A DNA stretch of 17,179 bases, from NCBI GenBank assembly GCA_035703635.1, contig DASSXV010000006.1, positions 1 to 17,179 on the forward strand, written 5' to 3'. Below the pieces are notes generated by a model that did no database searches, was not told the DNA's origin, and saw nothing but the letters and a program-made list of their open reading frames with translations. Source of the stretch: Trueperaceae bacterium (GTDB taxonomy: Bacteria; Deinococcota; Deinococci; Deinococcales; Trueperaceae). Shown here piece after piece: positions 7,231-15,321 of this stretch (within the stretch, counting starts at the first letter, position 1; each line of letters starts with the position of its first letter). Made by a program: the position numbers and the translations under genes.

Positions 7231-8136
7231 ATGAGCAACACCCTAAGGCGGCTGTTCGCCGCCACCATCACGGCCGCGGTCATCGGGCTTGCCTCCGCGC
7301 AGACAGTCACCGTACAGACCGCGCGTGGCGAAGCGACGGTGCCAACCAACCCAACGAAGGTCTTCGCGTACGACTACGGCACCATCGATACCCTCCATGC
7401 GCTTGGCGTCACGGTTGACGGCGCCCCGCCGATCAACGGACGCGCGCCCGCGTGGGCGCCGACCAATGCCATCGCCATCGGTTCTCTCTTCGAGCCTGAC
7501 TACGAGGTAGTGAACGCCGAGCAACCCGACCTCGTGGTCGTGGCAGGCCGCTCCGCTCCGGCTTTCGACGAGCTCGCGAAACTCGCGCCAACCATCGACC
7601 TCACCTCCTCCGGCGACCTGGTGGCGGACCTCAAGCGCAACGTCACCACCCTGGCAGCCATCTTCGGCAAGGAAGCCGAAGGCGAGGCCGCGCTGGCCGA
7701 CCTGGACGCCAAGATCGCGGCCGTACGCGCGTCGCTCTCCAACGTCAGCAACGGCATGTTGCTCATGGTCACCGGCGGCAGCCTCACCATCGTGGCGCCA
7801 GATAACGCCCGCGCCGCGCTCCTCTACGGCGTCCTCGGGGTAACCCCGACCGTCGACGACGTGCAGTCCGCCACCCACGGCGAGCCGATCAGCTTCGAGT
7901 TCCTCCTGCAGCACGACCCGCAGTGGCTGTACGTGATCGACCGCGACGCCGCCATCGGCACCGAAGGCGCGCAGCCCGCCGCCGCCGTTCTCGACAACGA
8001 GCTCATGCACCGCACGACGGCCTGGAAGGCGGGGCAGGTCGTGTACCTCGACCCGTTCGACTGGTACATCGTCTCGGGCACCGGCATCGGCTCCCTCAAC
8101 GCCATGCTCGACGAGCTCGCCGCCGCGCTGCCGTAA
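7231..8136 (+). CDS. Iron-siderophore ABC transporter substrate-binding protein (FatB/YclQ/CeuE-like), 301 aa
   Basis: Motifs IGSLFEPDYE...PDLVVVAGRS, THGEPISFEF, LYVIDRDAAIG and YLDP..WY. Sec signal ending ASA-Q with no lipobox Cys. AAGGAGG SD upstream. Confidence 0.93.
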   Translation: MSNTLRRLFAATITAAVIGLASAQTVTVQTARGEATVPTNPTKVFAYDYGTIDTLHALGVTVDGAPPINGRAPAWAPTNAIAIGSLFEPDYEVVNAEQPDLVVVAGRSAPAFDELAKLAPTIDLTSSGDLVADLKRNVTTLAAIFGKEAEGEAALADLDAKIAAVRASLSNVSNGMLLMVTGGSLTIVAPDNARAALLYGVLGVTPTVDDVQSATHGEPISFEFLLQHDPQWLYVIDRDAAIGTEGAQPAAAVLDNELMHRTTAWKAGQVVYLDPFDWYIVSGTGIGSLNAMLDELAAALP

Positions 8137-8142
8137 GCCTGC

Positions 8143-9132
8143 GTGTCGTTAGGTGAGGCGAGACATCACGGCTTGCTACTCGCCGGCGGCGCCCTGGTGG
8201 TGCTGGCGTTAGCCGTCCTGAGCCTCACGGTGGGGGTCTTCGACCTCTCCTGGCGCGGGATCTTCGAGGGCGGCGAGAACCGCACCGACGCGCTGGTGCT
8301 CCTCGCCAGCCGCGTGCCTCGCACCATCGCCGTGCTACTGGTAGGCGCCTCCATGGGGGTCGCTGGCCTACTCATGCAACTCCTGTCCCGCAACCGCTTC
8401 GTTGCGCCCTCCACGGCAGGCACGGTCGAGTCGGCCAGCCTCGGCATCCTCGTCGCCATGCTGCTCGCGCCTGCCGCGCCCATCATGGTCAAGATGCTCA
8501 TCTCGGCGGCGTTCGCCCTGGCGGGCACCGCGCTCCTCATGGCCATCGTCAGCCGCACGCCGCTCAGGTCGCCGCTCGTGGTGCCGCTGATCGGGCTCAT
8601 GCTCGGCGGCGTCATCGGTGCAGCCACCACCTTCATCGCCTACCGCTTCGACCTCTTGCAGTCCCTCGCCAGCTGGACGACCGGCGACTTCTCGCGCGTC
8701 CTGCGCGGCCGCTACGAGCTCCTGTGGGTGGCGGGCGGCCTGACGGCGCTTGCGTACTTCGCCGCCGACCGCTTCACGGTGGCAGGCATGGGCGAGTCGT
8801 TCACCAAGAACTTGGGCCTCAACTACCGCCGCGTGATGGCTCTTGGCCTCGTCATCGTGGCTTTGGTAACGGCCGTCAACGTCGTAACGGTAGGCGCGGT
8901 GCCGTTCATCGGCCTCGTAGTGCCGAACGTCGTCAGCCTGCTGGTAGGGGACAACGTCAGGCGCGCGGTGCCGTGGATCGCCATCTTCGGCGCTGGCTTC
9001 GTGCTCGCATGCGACCTCATCGGCCGCACCCTGCGCTACCCGTACGAGGTGCCGGTCGGCACGGTCATCGGCGTGGTCGGCGCGGCGCTCTTCCTCTTCC
9101 TCCTCTTCAGGCGGTCGGCTCGTGTCGGCTGA
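8143..9132 (+). CDS. Iron chelate ABC transporter permease, FecCD family (FatD/YclN/CeuB-like), ~329 aa
   Basis: SRVPRT, MQLLSRNRFVAPSTAGT, GDFS, LGLNY, IPFIGLVVPN-like (VPFIGLVVPN), CDLIGR..RYPYEVPVG motifs. The GTG start is uncertain. Confidence 0.93.
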   Translation: MSLGEARHHGLLLAGGALVVLALAVLSLTVGVFDLSWRGIFEGGENRTDALVLLASRVPRTIAVLLVGASMGVAGLLMQLLSRNRFVAPSTAGTVESASLGILVAMLLAPAAPIMVKMLISAAFALAGTALLMAIVSRTPLRSPLVVPLIGLMLGGVIGAATTFIAYRFDLLQSLASWTTGDFSRVLRGRYELLWVAGGLTALAYFAADRFTVAGMGESFTKNLGLNYRRVMALGLVIVALVTAVNVVTVGAVPFIGLVVPNVVSLLVGDNVRRAVPWIAIFGAGFVLACDLIGRTLRYPYEVPVGTVIGVVGAALFLFLLFRRSARVG

Positions 9133-10159
9133 AGCCACTCGCACCCGCCCGCAAGCGGGAGCAGGCGCGCTAGTCGGCCGCCGCCAGCTCGACCGCCGGC
9201 GCTGGGGTCGGTTCTCGCCAACCGCCGTGCTCGTCATACTCGGCTTGCTCGTGCTCGTCTCCATCTACCTCTTCATGACCTTGGGCGCGCGCGGTTCATG
9301 GGAGTTCATCCTCCAGTTCCGAGGCCGCAAGGTGATCGGCATGCTCCTCGTCGGCACCGCGATCGCCACCTCGACCGTCATGTTCCAAACGGTGACGAAC
9401 AACCGCATCCTCACCCCATCGATAATGGGGTTCGACGCGCTCTACGTCCTGCTCCAAACGTGCCTGGCGTTCTTCCTCGGCGCGGCAGGCCTCACCCAGC
9501 TAGACAGCCGCATGCTGTTCGCCGCGGAGACGATCGGCCTCATGATCTTCGCCGGCGCCCTCTACTACTGGCTGTTCGTAGTCGGGCACCGCAGCCTCCA
9601 CCTGCTCGTGCTGGCGGGCATCGTGCTTGGCGTCATGCTGCGGAGCTTCACCAGCCTGCTGCAACGCGTGATGGATCCGCTAACGTTCGCCGTCTTGCAG
9701 GACGCGACCTTCGCCAGCTTCAACACGTTCGACGCGCGGCTGCTGGCCCCAGCAGCGATCCTCGTGGGGCTGGCGCTCTTCGGCGCCTGGCGCCTCCGCT
9801 ACCAGCTGGACATCCTCGCCCTCGGCCGCGAGATGGCCATCGGGCTGGGGGTCGATTACCGCCGCACCGTCATCCAGGCGCTGCTGATCATCACGGCGCT
9901 CGTTGCCGTGTCGACGGCGCTCGTCGGTCCAGTCACGTTCTTCGGGTTGGTGGTGGCGAACCTCGCCTACGCCCTGGTGCGCTCGTACCGTCACCAGGTC
10001 ATCCTGCCAGCCGCCGCGCTCCTAGCCGCCGTCGTGCTCATCCTCGGGCAGACGGTGCTCGAGCGCATGCTCGGCCTGGGCACCAGCCTCTCGGTCATCG
10101 TCGAGTTCGTAGGAGGCCTACTCTTCATCTATCTCGTGTTAAGAGGTGTAGTCAGATGA
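9122..10159 (+). CDS. Iron chelate ABC transporter permease, FecCD family (FatC/YclO/CeuC-like), ~345 aa
   Basis: FQTVTNNRILTPSIMGFDALY, FASFN, LGRE.AIGLGVDY, STALVGP..FFGL.VANLAY and VEFVGG motifs. Overlaps the upstream stop; exact start uncertain. Confidence 0.93.
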   Translation: MSAEATRTRPQAGAGALVGRRQLDRRRWGRFSPTAVLVILGLLVLVSIYLFMTLGARGSWEFILQFRGRKVIGMLLVGTAIATSTVMFQTVTNNRILTPSIMGFDALYVLLQTCLAFFLGAAGLTQLDSRMLFAAETIGLMIFAGALYYWLFVVGHRSLHLLVLAGIVLGVMLRSFTSLLQRVMDPLTFAVLQDATFASFNTFDARLLAPAAILVGLALFGAWRLRYQLDILALGREMAIGLGVDYRRTVIQALLIITALVAVSTALVGPVTFFGLVVANLAYALVRSYRHQVILPAAALLAAVVLILGQTVLERMLGLGTSLSVIVEFVGGLLFIYLVLRGVVR

Positions 10160-10914
10160 TCACCGCACAGAACCTCACCAAACGTTATGGCAATACGGTC
10201 GTTCTCGACGAGGTGAGCGTCGAGATACCGCGCGGCGGCATCACGGCCATGATCGGCCCGAACGGCGCAGGCAAGTCGACCCTCCTGTCGCTGATCGGGC
10301 GCCTGCTCAAGCCGGACAGCGGCGTCGTGACGATAGACGGCGTGCCAACCACGGGCATGAAGCAAGCCGACTTCGCCAAGAAGGTCGCCATCCTCAAGCA
10401 GGACAACCACCTTGCCGTGCGCCTCACCGTCGAGGACCTAGTCACCTTCGGCCGCTACCCCCACTCGCACGGGCGGCCGACCATGGAAGACCGCAGGCAC
10501 GTCGAGAACGCCATCGAGTACCTCGAGCTTGGCGACCTGCGCAAGCGTTTCCTAGACGAACTCTCCGGCGGCCAGCGCCAACGCGCGTTCGTGGCCATGG
10601 TCTTGTGTCAAGGCACCGACTACGTGCTGCTGGACGAGCCCCTCGCAAGCCTGGACATGCGCCACGCCGTCGCCATGATGAAGCGCATGCGGGGCGTGGC
10701 TCAGGACCTAGGCAAGTCGGTCGTCATCGTGCTGCACGACATCAACTTCGCCGCGTCGTACGCGGACACCATCGTCGCGATGAAAGACGGGCGCATCATC
10801 CAGCACGCGGTCGTCGACGAGGTAATGACGCCGCACGCGCTGCGGGCCATCTACGACGTGGACGTCCACGTGCAGAACATCGGCGGCAAGCCCATCGGCG
10901 TGTACTACAGCTGA
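10156..10914 (+). CDS. Iron chelate ABC transporter ATP-binding protein (YclP/CeuD/FatE-like), 252 aa
   Basis: The true start is ATG 10156 (ATGA overlap with the permease stop, AGAGGT SD), not 9298. Motifs GPNGAGKST, FGRYPHS.GR, LSGGQRQRAF, LLDEP and LHDINFA. Confidence 0.94.
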   Translation: MITAQNLTKRYGNTVVLDEVSVEIPRGGITAMIGPNGAGKSTLLSLIGRLLKPDSGVVTIDGVPTTGMKQADFAKKVAILKQDNHLAVRLTVEDLVTFGRYPHSHGRPTMEDRRHVENAIEYLELGDLRKRFLDELSGGQRQRAFVAMVLCQGTDYVLLDEPLASLDMRHAVAMMKRMRGVAQDLGKSVVIVLHDINFAASYADTIVAMKDGRIIQHAVVDEVMTPHALRAIYDVDVHVQNIGGKPIGVYYS

Positions 10915-10948
10915 ACCCTCGCGCTTACGGTCAGGCATGGGTGCGCGC

Positions 10949-13900
10949 CTAGCGCCCACGCCGCAGCCCCGTGACAAGCGCTGCCGGGGTGGCGGGCAAC
11001 TCGACGCCGACTTCCTCGAAGCGCCGCCGCGCACGCTCGAGAGCAGCGCTGGCGCCGTGCCCGTCATCCTTGTGGAGGTGGGCGCGGACCTCAAGCGCCA
11101 CTAGCGCCTCGTCGTACGGCGCCGCCTCCTGTAGCCAGCGCGCCACGCGCGCGCAGGAGTCCGGGTGTTCGCTGGCGCTGGCTGACGCCAACTCCACGGC
11201 GCGGTCGGTGACGAGCGCAGCGAGCGCGCCAGCCTCAACTTCTGGTGCGTCTTGGAGGAACGGCCCGCGCCAGGCTAGCAGGGCCGCACCCTGCCCTGGC
11301 TCCGCCGTGGCGGCCAGGAACTCCTCGACATCGGACTTGACCGCCGCGCCAAGCGCGTAGCCCTCACCCGTGCGTGCCACGACCTGCTGCCCGTACTTGC
11401 GCCTGACCTGATACACGAGCTGTTTGAGGTCGCTGTGGGCGCCTGCGTCTTGGCGCTGCGGGTAGAGGGCGTCGCTAAGCCGCATGTCGCTCACTCCCGG
11501 CTCTCCAGCCAGGCGTGCGAGGAGAAGTAGCGCTAGCAGGCGCCTGCGCTGCTCGCCCTTCACTCCCTGCGGGGCGCCGGGTGGGCCGAGGCGCATCTCA
11601 CCGAGCACCTCGAGGCGGCGCTCAGCTTCGGTAACGTGGCCGACCGCGACTGGCGCCGCGGCTGACCGCGGGAAGGCCCGAGCTACCAAGATGCGGCCCA
11701 ACCCGAGGCCGTGCTCGTCGAACCACGCCAGCGCCTCGGTAGCCACGCGCGGGTTCTTCGTCACGCGGCCAAGGTCGATGGCGATCTTGTTGGCCTCCAG
11801 CTCTTGCCCGCCCTGCCTGGCGGCCGCCAACGCCCCCGCCAGCGCCTCGGCCGCCGCCTGGCGCGCGCCTTGGGCCTCCAACGTAAGTCCCGTCACCCAC
11901 TGCGTCCGGCAGTCGTCGGCGGGGGAGGCGCCAGCCGCCGCGCCGAGCGCTGCCATCTCATTCGCCTGCGCCTGGGCGGCCGCGGCGTTGCCGAGCCGAG
12001 CGTTGGCAGAAGCCGCGTCGAAGAGGATCTCGCGGACGAGGCGCGGAGCCCCAGCCTCGCGGGCGAGGAGCAACGCGCGTTCACCGAAGCTGACCGCCGT
12101 GACGTAGTCGCCTTTCGCGAGGTGCAGGGAGCTCGTCATGGCGATGGTGTTGATGAGGAAGCGCGACGGCCCGTAGAGCTCAAGCGTCTCGAGCGCCTCG
12201 ATGAGGAGGTCGTCGGCCTCCTCGAAGCGGCCCTGGTCTATGCGCAGCTCGGCGAGCGCGGCCTGCGCGAAGGCGTAGGAGCGCCCCTCGCTCCCAGACC
12301 TTCGCAGTGAGAGGCACTCCTCGAGGGCGTCGTTCATCTCTGCGTAACGCCCCAACTGCTTGAAGAACGCCGCCTGGTTGAGCCGCACCGTGCTGAGCGC
12401 GCGCAGGGAACCGAGCTCCTGCAGGTCATGCGCCGCCTCCGCGATGGTGGTGAGAGCGACGTTGTAATCGCCGCGGTGGAAGGCGGTTAGGGCCTTCACG
12501 GAGAGGAACTCGCAGCGCAACTGACGGCTGACCGTCGGGAGGCCGATGCCGCGGTCGAGGAGTTCAGTCGCCAACTCCATGCCGCCACTAGCCAACGCCG
12601 ATGCGGCAGCGGCGCGCAGCCAACTCGCGTTGCTCGCCGCCTGCAACTCCGGGTAGGCGTTCCAGAGCTCGAGGGCTTCGCCGTGGCGCCCGGCAGCGTT
12701 GTAGCTCGTGAGGAGCAGGCCGGCAACGGCGGCCTCGCTGGCACCTCGGCGTCGATACTCCTCCGCCAGCTCGCGCACCTCGTCAAGCTGCCCGGTGCCC
12801 GCCAGCGCGTGAGCGTAGCTCGTCACCATCTCCACGTCGGCCGTCGGTTCGGCAGCCGCCGTTCCTAGGAGGGCTAGTGCCGCGTCGAAGTCGACGTTCA
12901 CGAGCACCAAGCCCGCCTCGAACGCCAAGCGCGCCCGCTCCGCCCCCACCGCATGGCTGCTAGCTGCTGCGCGCAGGCGGGCGGCGGCCACCTTGTTCGG
13001 CGCCGCCGCGACCGCGGCCATCAGCAGCTCGAGCGCGTCCCCGCCCGTCAGTCCGGCGGCGTCGACGAACGGCGCCGCCGCGACCGGGTCGTGGCGCAAC
13101 GCAGCTAAGGCGCGCAGCGCCAACTCGCGGAGGCGCGGCGCACTCAGAGCGGCTCGCGCCACGTCGCGCACCAGTCCATGCGCGAAGTCGCCGCCGCGCA
13201 GCACCCCCTGGCGCACGAGCCGCTCGGACGCAGCGGCCAGCACCTCGGGGCTGACGTCCGCCACCACCGCCCACAAACCAGCGTCCAAGGGTCCGGCGGG
13301 TAGCACCGCGCGCGCCTCGATCAGCGCCGCCGCCCCCTCGCCCAAGGCCTTGGCGTTCGCAACCATGTGCTCGATGACCGCGCCAACACGCGGCGGCCGC
13401 AAGGCGGGCGCGGGTTCGCGCCAGTTCCAGCGGCGGCCGTCGCTCCACAAGTGCCCGGCGCGGCTCAACTGCCTCAAGTACTCGAGCGTGAATAGTGGGT
13501 TGCCTGCCGCGCGCGCGAAGATCCAGGCGCACGCTGGCGCGGGGAGTTGCCCGCCAGCCGTTGCCTCGAGCAGCGCGGTGGCGGACTCCTCGCCCAGAGG
13601 CTCGAGCCATACCTGGTCGAAGGTTGGAGGAGCCTCGTGCCTGCTACCCACCACGAGCACGACCCCACGAAGGCGCTTCACGCCGTCGGCTAGCTGAACG
13701 GCGAAGCTGCTCACGTCCGGTTGGGCGTCCTGAAAGTCGTCGAGGTGCAGCACGAACGGCGCCAGCTGCTTAAGCAGCGCGTTCACCGCGGCGACCAACG
13801 CCCCCGTCTCAACCTGCTGGGCGTCGGCTGCGGCGTCAAGGGTGCCTTGCGCCCAGGAAGCCAACTTGGGGGAGGCCGGTAGCGCCGCGACGATCTGCGC

Positions 13901-14077
13901 CAACGGCCACGTTGCCGAGCAACTCGCGGAACGGCACGCCAACTGCGCCAACGCTTGCGTAGCAAGCCACGACTTCCCGATGCCGGGCCCGCCGAGCAAC
14001 GCTAACGCCACGCCGGAACGACCGGCGATCGCCCCCCGCAACTTGTCGGTCAGCTCCACCAACCTGAGGTCCTGCAT
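10949..14077 (-). CDS. STAND-type AAA ATPase / TPR / C-terminal SARP-like (OmpR wHTH + BTAD) transcriptional regulator, ~1042 aa
   Basis: Walker A GGPGIGKS, Walker B FVLHLDD, GNPLF, FAHGLVR, and an Ala/Leu-rich TPR-like middle. The C-terminus 'RLEVLG...RRLLALLL...LSDALYP...LKQLVYQVRR...RTGEGYALG...SDVEEF...WRGPFL...APYDE' follows the SARP pattern. Start is ATG 14077 (GAGG just upstream) or GTG 14089. Confidence 0.85.
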   Translation of the reverse strand: MQDLRLVELTDKLRGAIAGRSGVALALLGGPGIGKSWLATQALAQLACRSASCSATWPLAQIVAALPASPKLASWAQGTLDAAADAQQVETGALVAAVNALLKQLAPFVLHLDDFQDAQPDVSSFAVQLADGVKRLRGVVLVVGSRHEAPPTFDQVWLEPLGEESATALLEATAGGQLPAPACAWIFARAAGNPLFTLEYLRQLSRAGHLWSDGRRWNWREPAPALRPPRVGAVIEHMVANAKALGEGAAALIEARAVLPAGPLDAGLWAVVADVSPEVLAAASERLVRQGVLRGGDFAHGLVRDVARAALSAPRLRELALRALAALRHDPVAAAPFVDAAGLTGGDALELLMAAVAAAPNKVAAARLRAAASSHAVGAERARLAFEAGLVLVNVDFDAALALLGTAAAEPTADVEMVTSYAHALAGTGQLDEVRELAEEYRRRGASEAAVAGLLLTSYNAAGRHGEALELWNAYPELQAASNASWLRAAAASALASGGMELATELLDRGIGLPTVSRQLRCEFLSVKALTAFHRGDYNVALTTIAEAAHDLQELGSLRALSTVRLNQAAFFKQLGRYAEMNDALEECLSLRRSGSEGRSYAFAQAALAELRIDQGRFEEADDLLIEALETLELYGPSRFLINTIAMTSSLHLAKGDYVTAVSFGERALLLAREAGAPRLVREILFDAASANARLGNAAAAQAQANEMAALGAAAGASPADDCRTQWVTGLTLEAQGARQAAAEALAGALAAARQGGQELEANKIAIDLGRVTKNPRVATEALAWFDEHGLGLGRILVARAFPRSAAAPVAVGHVTEAERRLEVLGEMRLGPPGAPQGVKGEQRRRLLALLLLARLAGEPGVSDMRLSDALYPQRQDAGAHSDLKQLVYQVRRKYGQQVVARTGEGYALGAAVKSDVEEFLAATAEPGQGAALLAWRGPFLQDAPEVEAGALAALVTDRAVELASASASEHPDSCARVARWLQEAAPYDEALVALEVRAHLHKDDGHGASAALERARRRFEEVGVELPATPAALVTGLRRGR

Positions 14078-14115
14078 GGGGCCTCGCACCCCCGGAAAAT
14101 GGCAACTCGCCAGCG

Positions 14116-14121
14116 ATTATA
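14116..14121 (-). promoter_or_regulatory. Consensus -10 element (TATAAT) for the STAND regulator gene
   Basis: The plus strand reads ATTATA, a perfect TATAAT on minus, in a GC-rich gap about 40 nt upstream of ATG 14077. No recognisable -35. Confidence 0.6.
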
Positions 14122-14156
14122 CGCAGGAGGCCAGCGGCAGCGAGGGAGCCGCCAAG

Positions 14157-14405
14157 CTACCCCTCCTCAGCAAGTTGGGCCCCGCAGTTCGCGCAGAACT
14201 CACCGAACGGCGCAAGGATCGCGGAACCGCAGCGCGGGCAGCCAGTGAGCATCCGCGCGCCGTCGTTAGGGCAGAAGTTCTCCCCCACCGTCGCGGGCGT
14301 AGCGCGCAGGCAGCACGGGCAGACGTGGTAAGAGACGGCAGGTGGTTCCTGCCCCGACGACGCACCCTTCACGGGCCCATCCGAGTGGTCCTGGCTGAGT
14401 GGCAT
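14157..14405 (-). CDS. Small double zinc ribbon (DZR-like) protein, 82 aa
   Basis: Four knuckles: CPCC, FCPNDG, CPRCG, FCANCG. No SD before ATG 14405, so possibly leaderless; the start could also lie further downstream. Confidence 0.82.
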   Translation of the reverse strand: MPLSQDHSDGPVKGASSGQEPPAVSYHVCPCCLRATPATVGENFCPNDGARMLTGCPRCGSAILAPFGEFCANCGAQLAEEG

Positions 14406-14425
14406 GCAGCATGTTCACCGGACGT

Positions 14426-14446
14426 TAGTTATAGGGCGGTTATAGG
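14426..14446 (-). promoter_or_regulatory. Perfect 8-bp direct repeat CCTATAAC x2 with 11-bp period upstream of the zinc-ribbon gene
   Basis: Plus-strand GTTATAGG at 14428-14435 and 14439-14446; the minus strand reads CCTATAACCGCCCTATAACTA. Confidence 0.7.
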
Positions 14447-14463
14447 ACGGTGCGACACCGTCT

Positions 14464-15315
14464 CTAGCGTTCCGCGTCACTGAGCACCCGACGCGCCTGT
14501 CGCATGACGGCTTCGTCGACCATCATCCCATTGACTCTGTTGGCCCCGCCAGCCGCACCCGCAGCGATGATTGCTTCGGCCCGCTCGACCTCTAGCTCGT
14601 TCGGCCGGAATCCACTATGCAGCGGCTCGATCTGACCCGGGTGAACCGCGAACTTGGCAGTAAACCCGCCTGCCCTTGCCCTTGCACTGGCTGCCCGCAC
14701 CAACTCCGAATCACCGAGTTGGATGGTGGGCGTATCGATACGGAGTGATACACCCGCACCTGCCGCTGCCAGGATGACGCGGGCGTTGGCCGCGTCCATT
14801 ACGGCCCGACGCGCGGAGTCAGAAGGTTCCCCGGGCACTTCGAAAGGCAGTCCAAGGTCGGCAGCGAGGTCTTCACCACCCACGGCAACGCCGCCTACCG
14901 AAGGGTGCGCCGTAAGGATCTCGAAGGCGTTTCTCAAACCTGCGGCCGACTCGATCAACGGCACAACTAGCGCGTGACCAAGCCCTAGCCGAGACAAGGC
15001 CTCTCCCACTTCCTCAACCTCGGCACCCGAGGCCACCTTTGGTAGGACTAGCGCGAAGAGTGCCGGGCCAAGGGCATCTAGATCTGCCGTGAAGTCGGAC
15101 GTGCCAACGGCGTTCGTACGCACGGCAACGGGCGTGGTCACGGAGGTGCTACGAGATAGCGCCAGCGCCACGCGCTTTCGGGCCTCCGGACGCTCGGCTT
15201 GCGTCAGTCCATCCTCAAGGTCGAGGACGGCAACGTCCGGCTTGGCAACACGCAGCTTCTCCATGAAGCGCTGCGCCGCACCGGGCACAAACAACCAGCT
15301 AACGAGCCGCGGCAT
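14464..15315 (-). CDS. CitE-like CoA-ester lyase (HpcH/HpaI aldolase-citrate lyase beta family), 283 aa
   Basis: LFVPG, LDLEDG, VRTN, LPKV, LIESAAG, GGEDLAADLG, GFTAKFAVHPGQ and GMMVDEA motifs. Starts 6 nt after the GGT-family stop. Confidence 0.9.
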   Translation of the reverse strand: MPRLVSWLFVPGAAQRFMEKLRVAKPDVAVLDLEDGLTQAERPEARKRVALALSRSTSVTTPVAVRTNAVGTSDFTADLDALGPALFALVLPKVASGAEVEEVGEALSRLGLGHALVVPLIESAAGLRNAFEILTAHPSVGGVAVGGEDLAADLGLPFEVPGEPSDSARRAVMDAANARVILAAAGAGVSLRIDTPTIQLGDSELVRAASARARAGGFTAKFAVHPGQIEPLHSGFRPNELEVERAEAIIAAGAAGGANRVNGMMVDEAVMRQARRVLSDAER

Positions 15316-15321
15316 TGGCTA

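Noticed and set aside
9298-10155. 538-aa ORF suggesting a long N-terminal extension on the ABC ATPase
   Set aside because: The extension is an Arg/Pro-rich off-frame read of the permease gene. The real start is ATG 10156, with an SD and ATGA coupling.
10949-14089. Avs-type antiphage STAND defence system together with the protease
   Set aside because: There is no nuclease, TIR, SIR2 or protease effector on the STAND protein, and its output is a DNA-binding SARP module. The protease is exported, and the neighbourhood is not a defence island.
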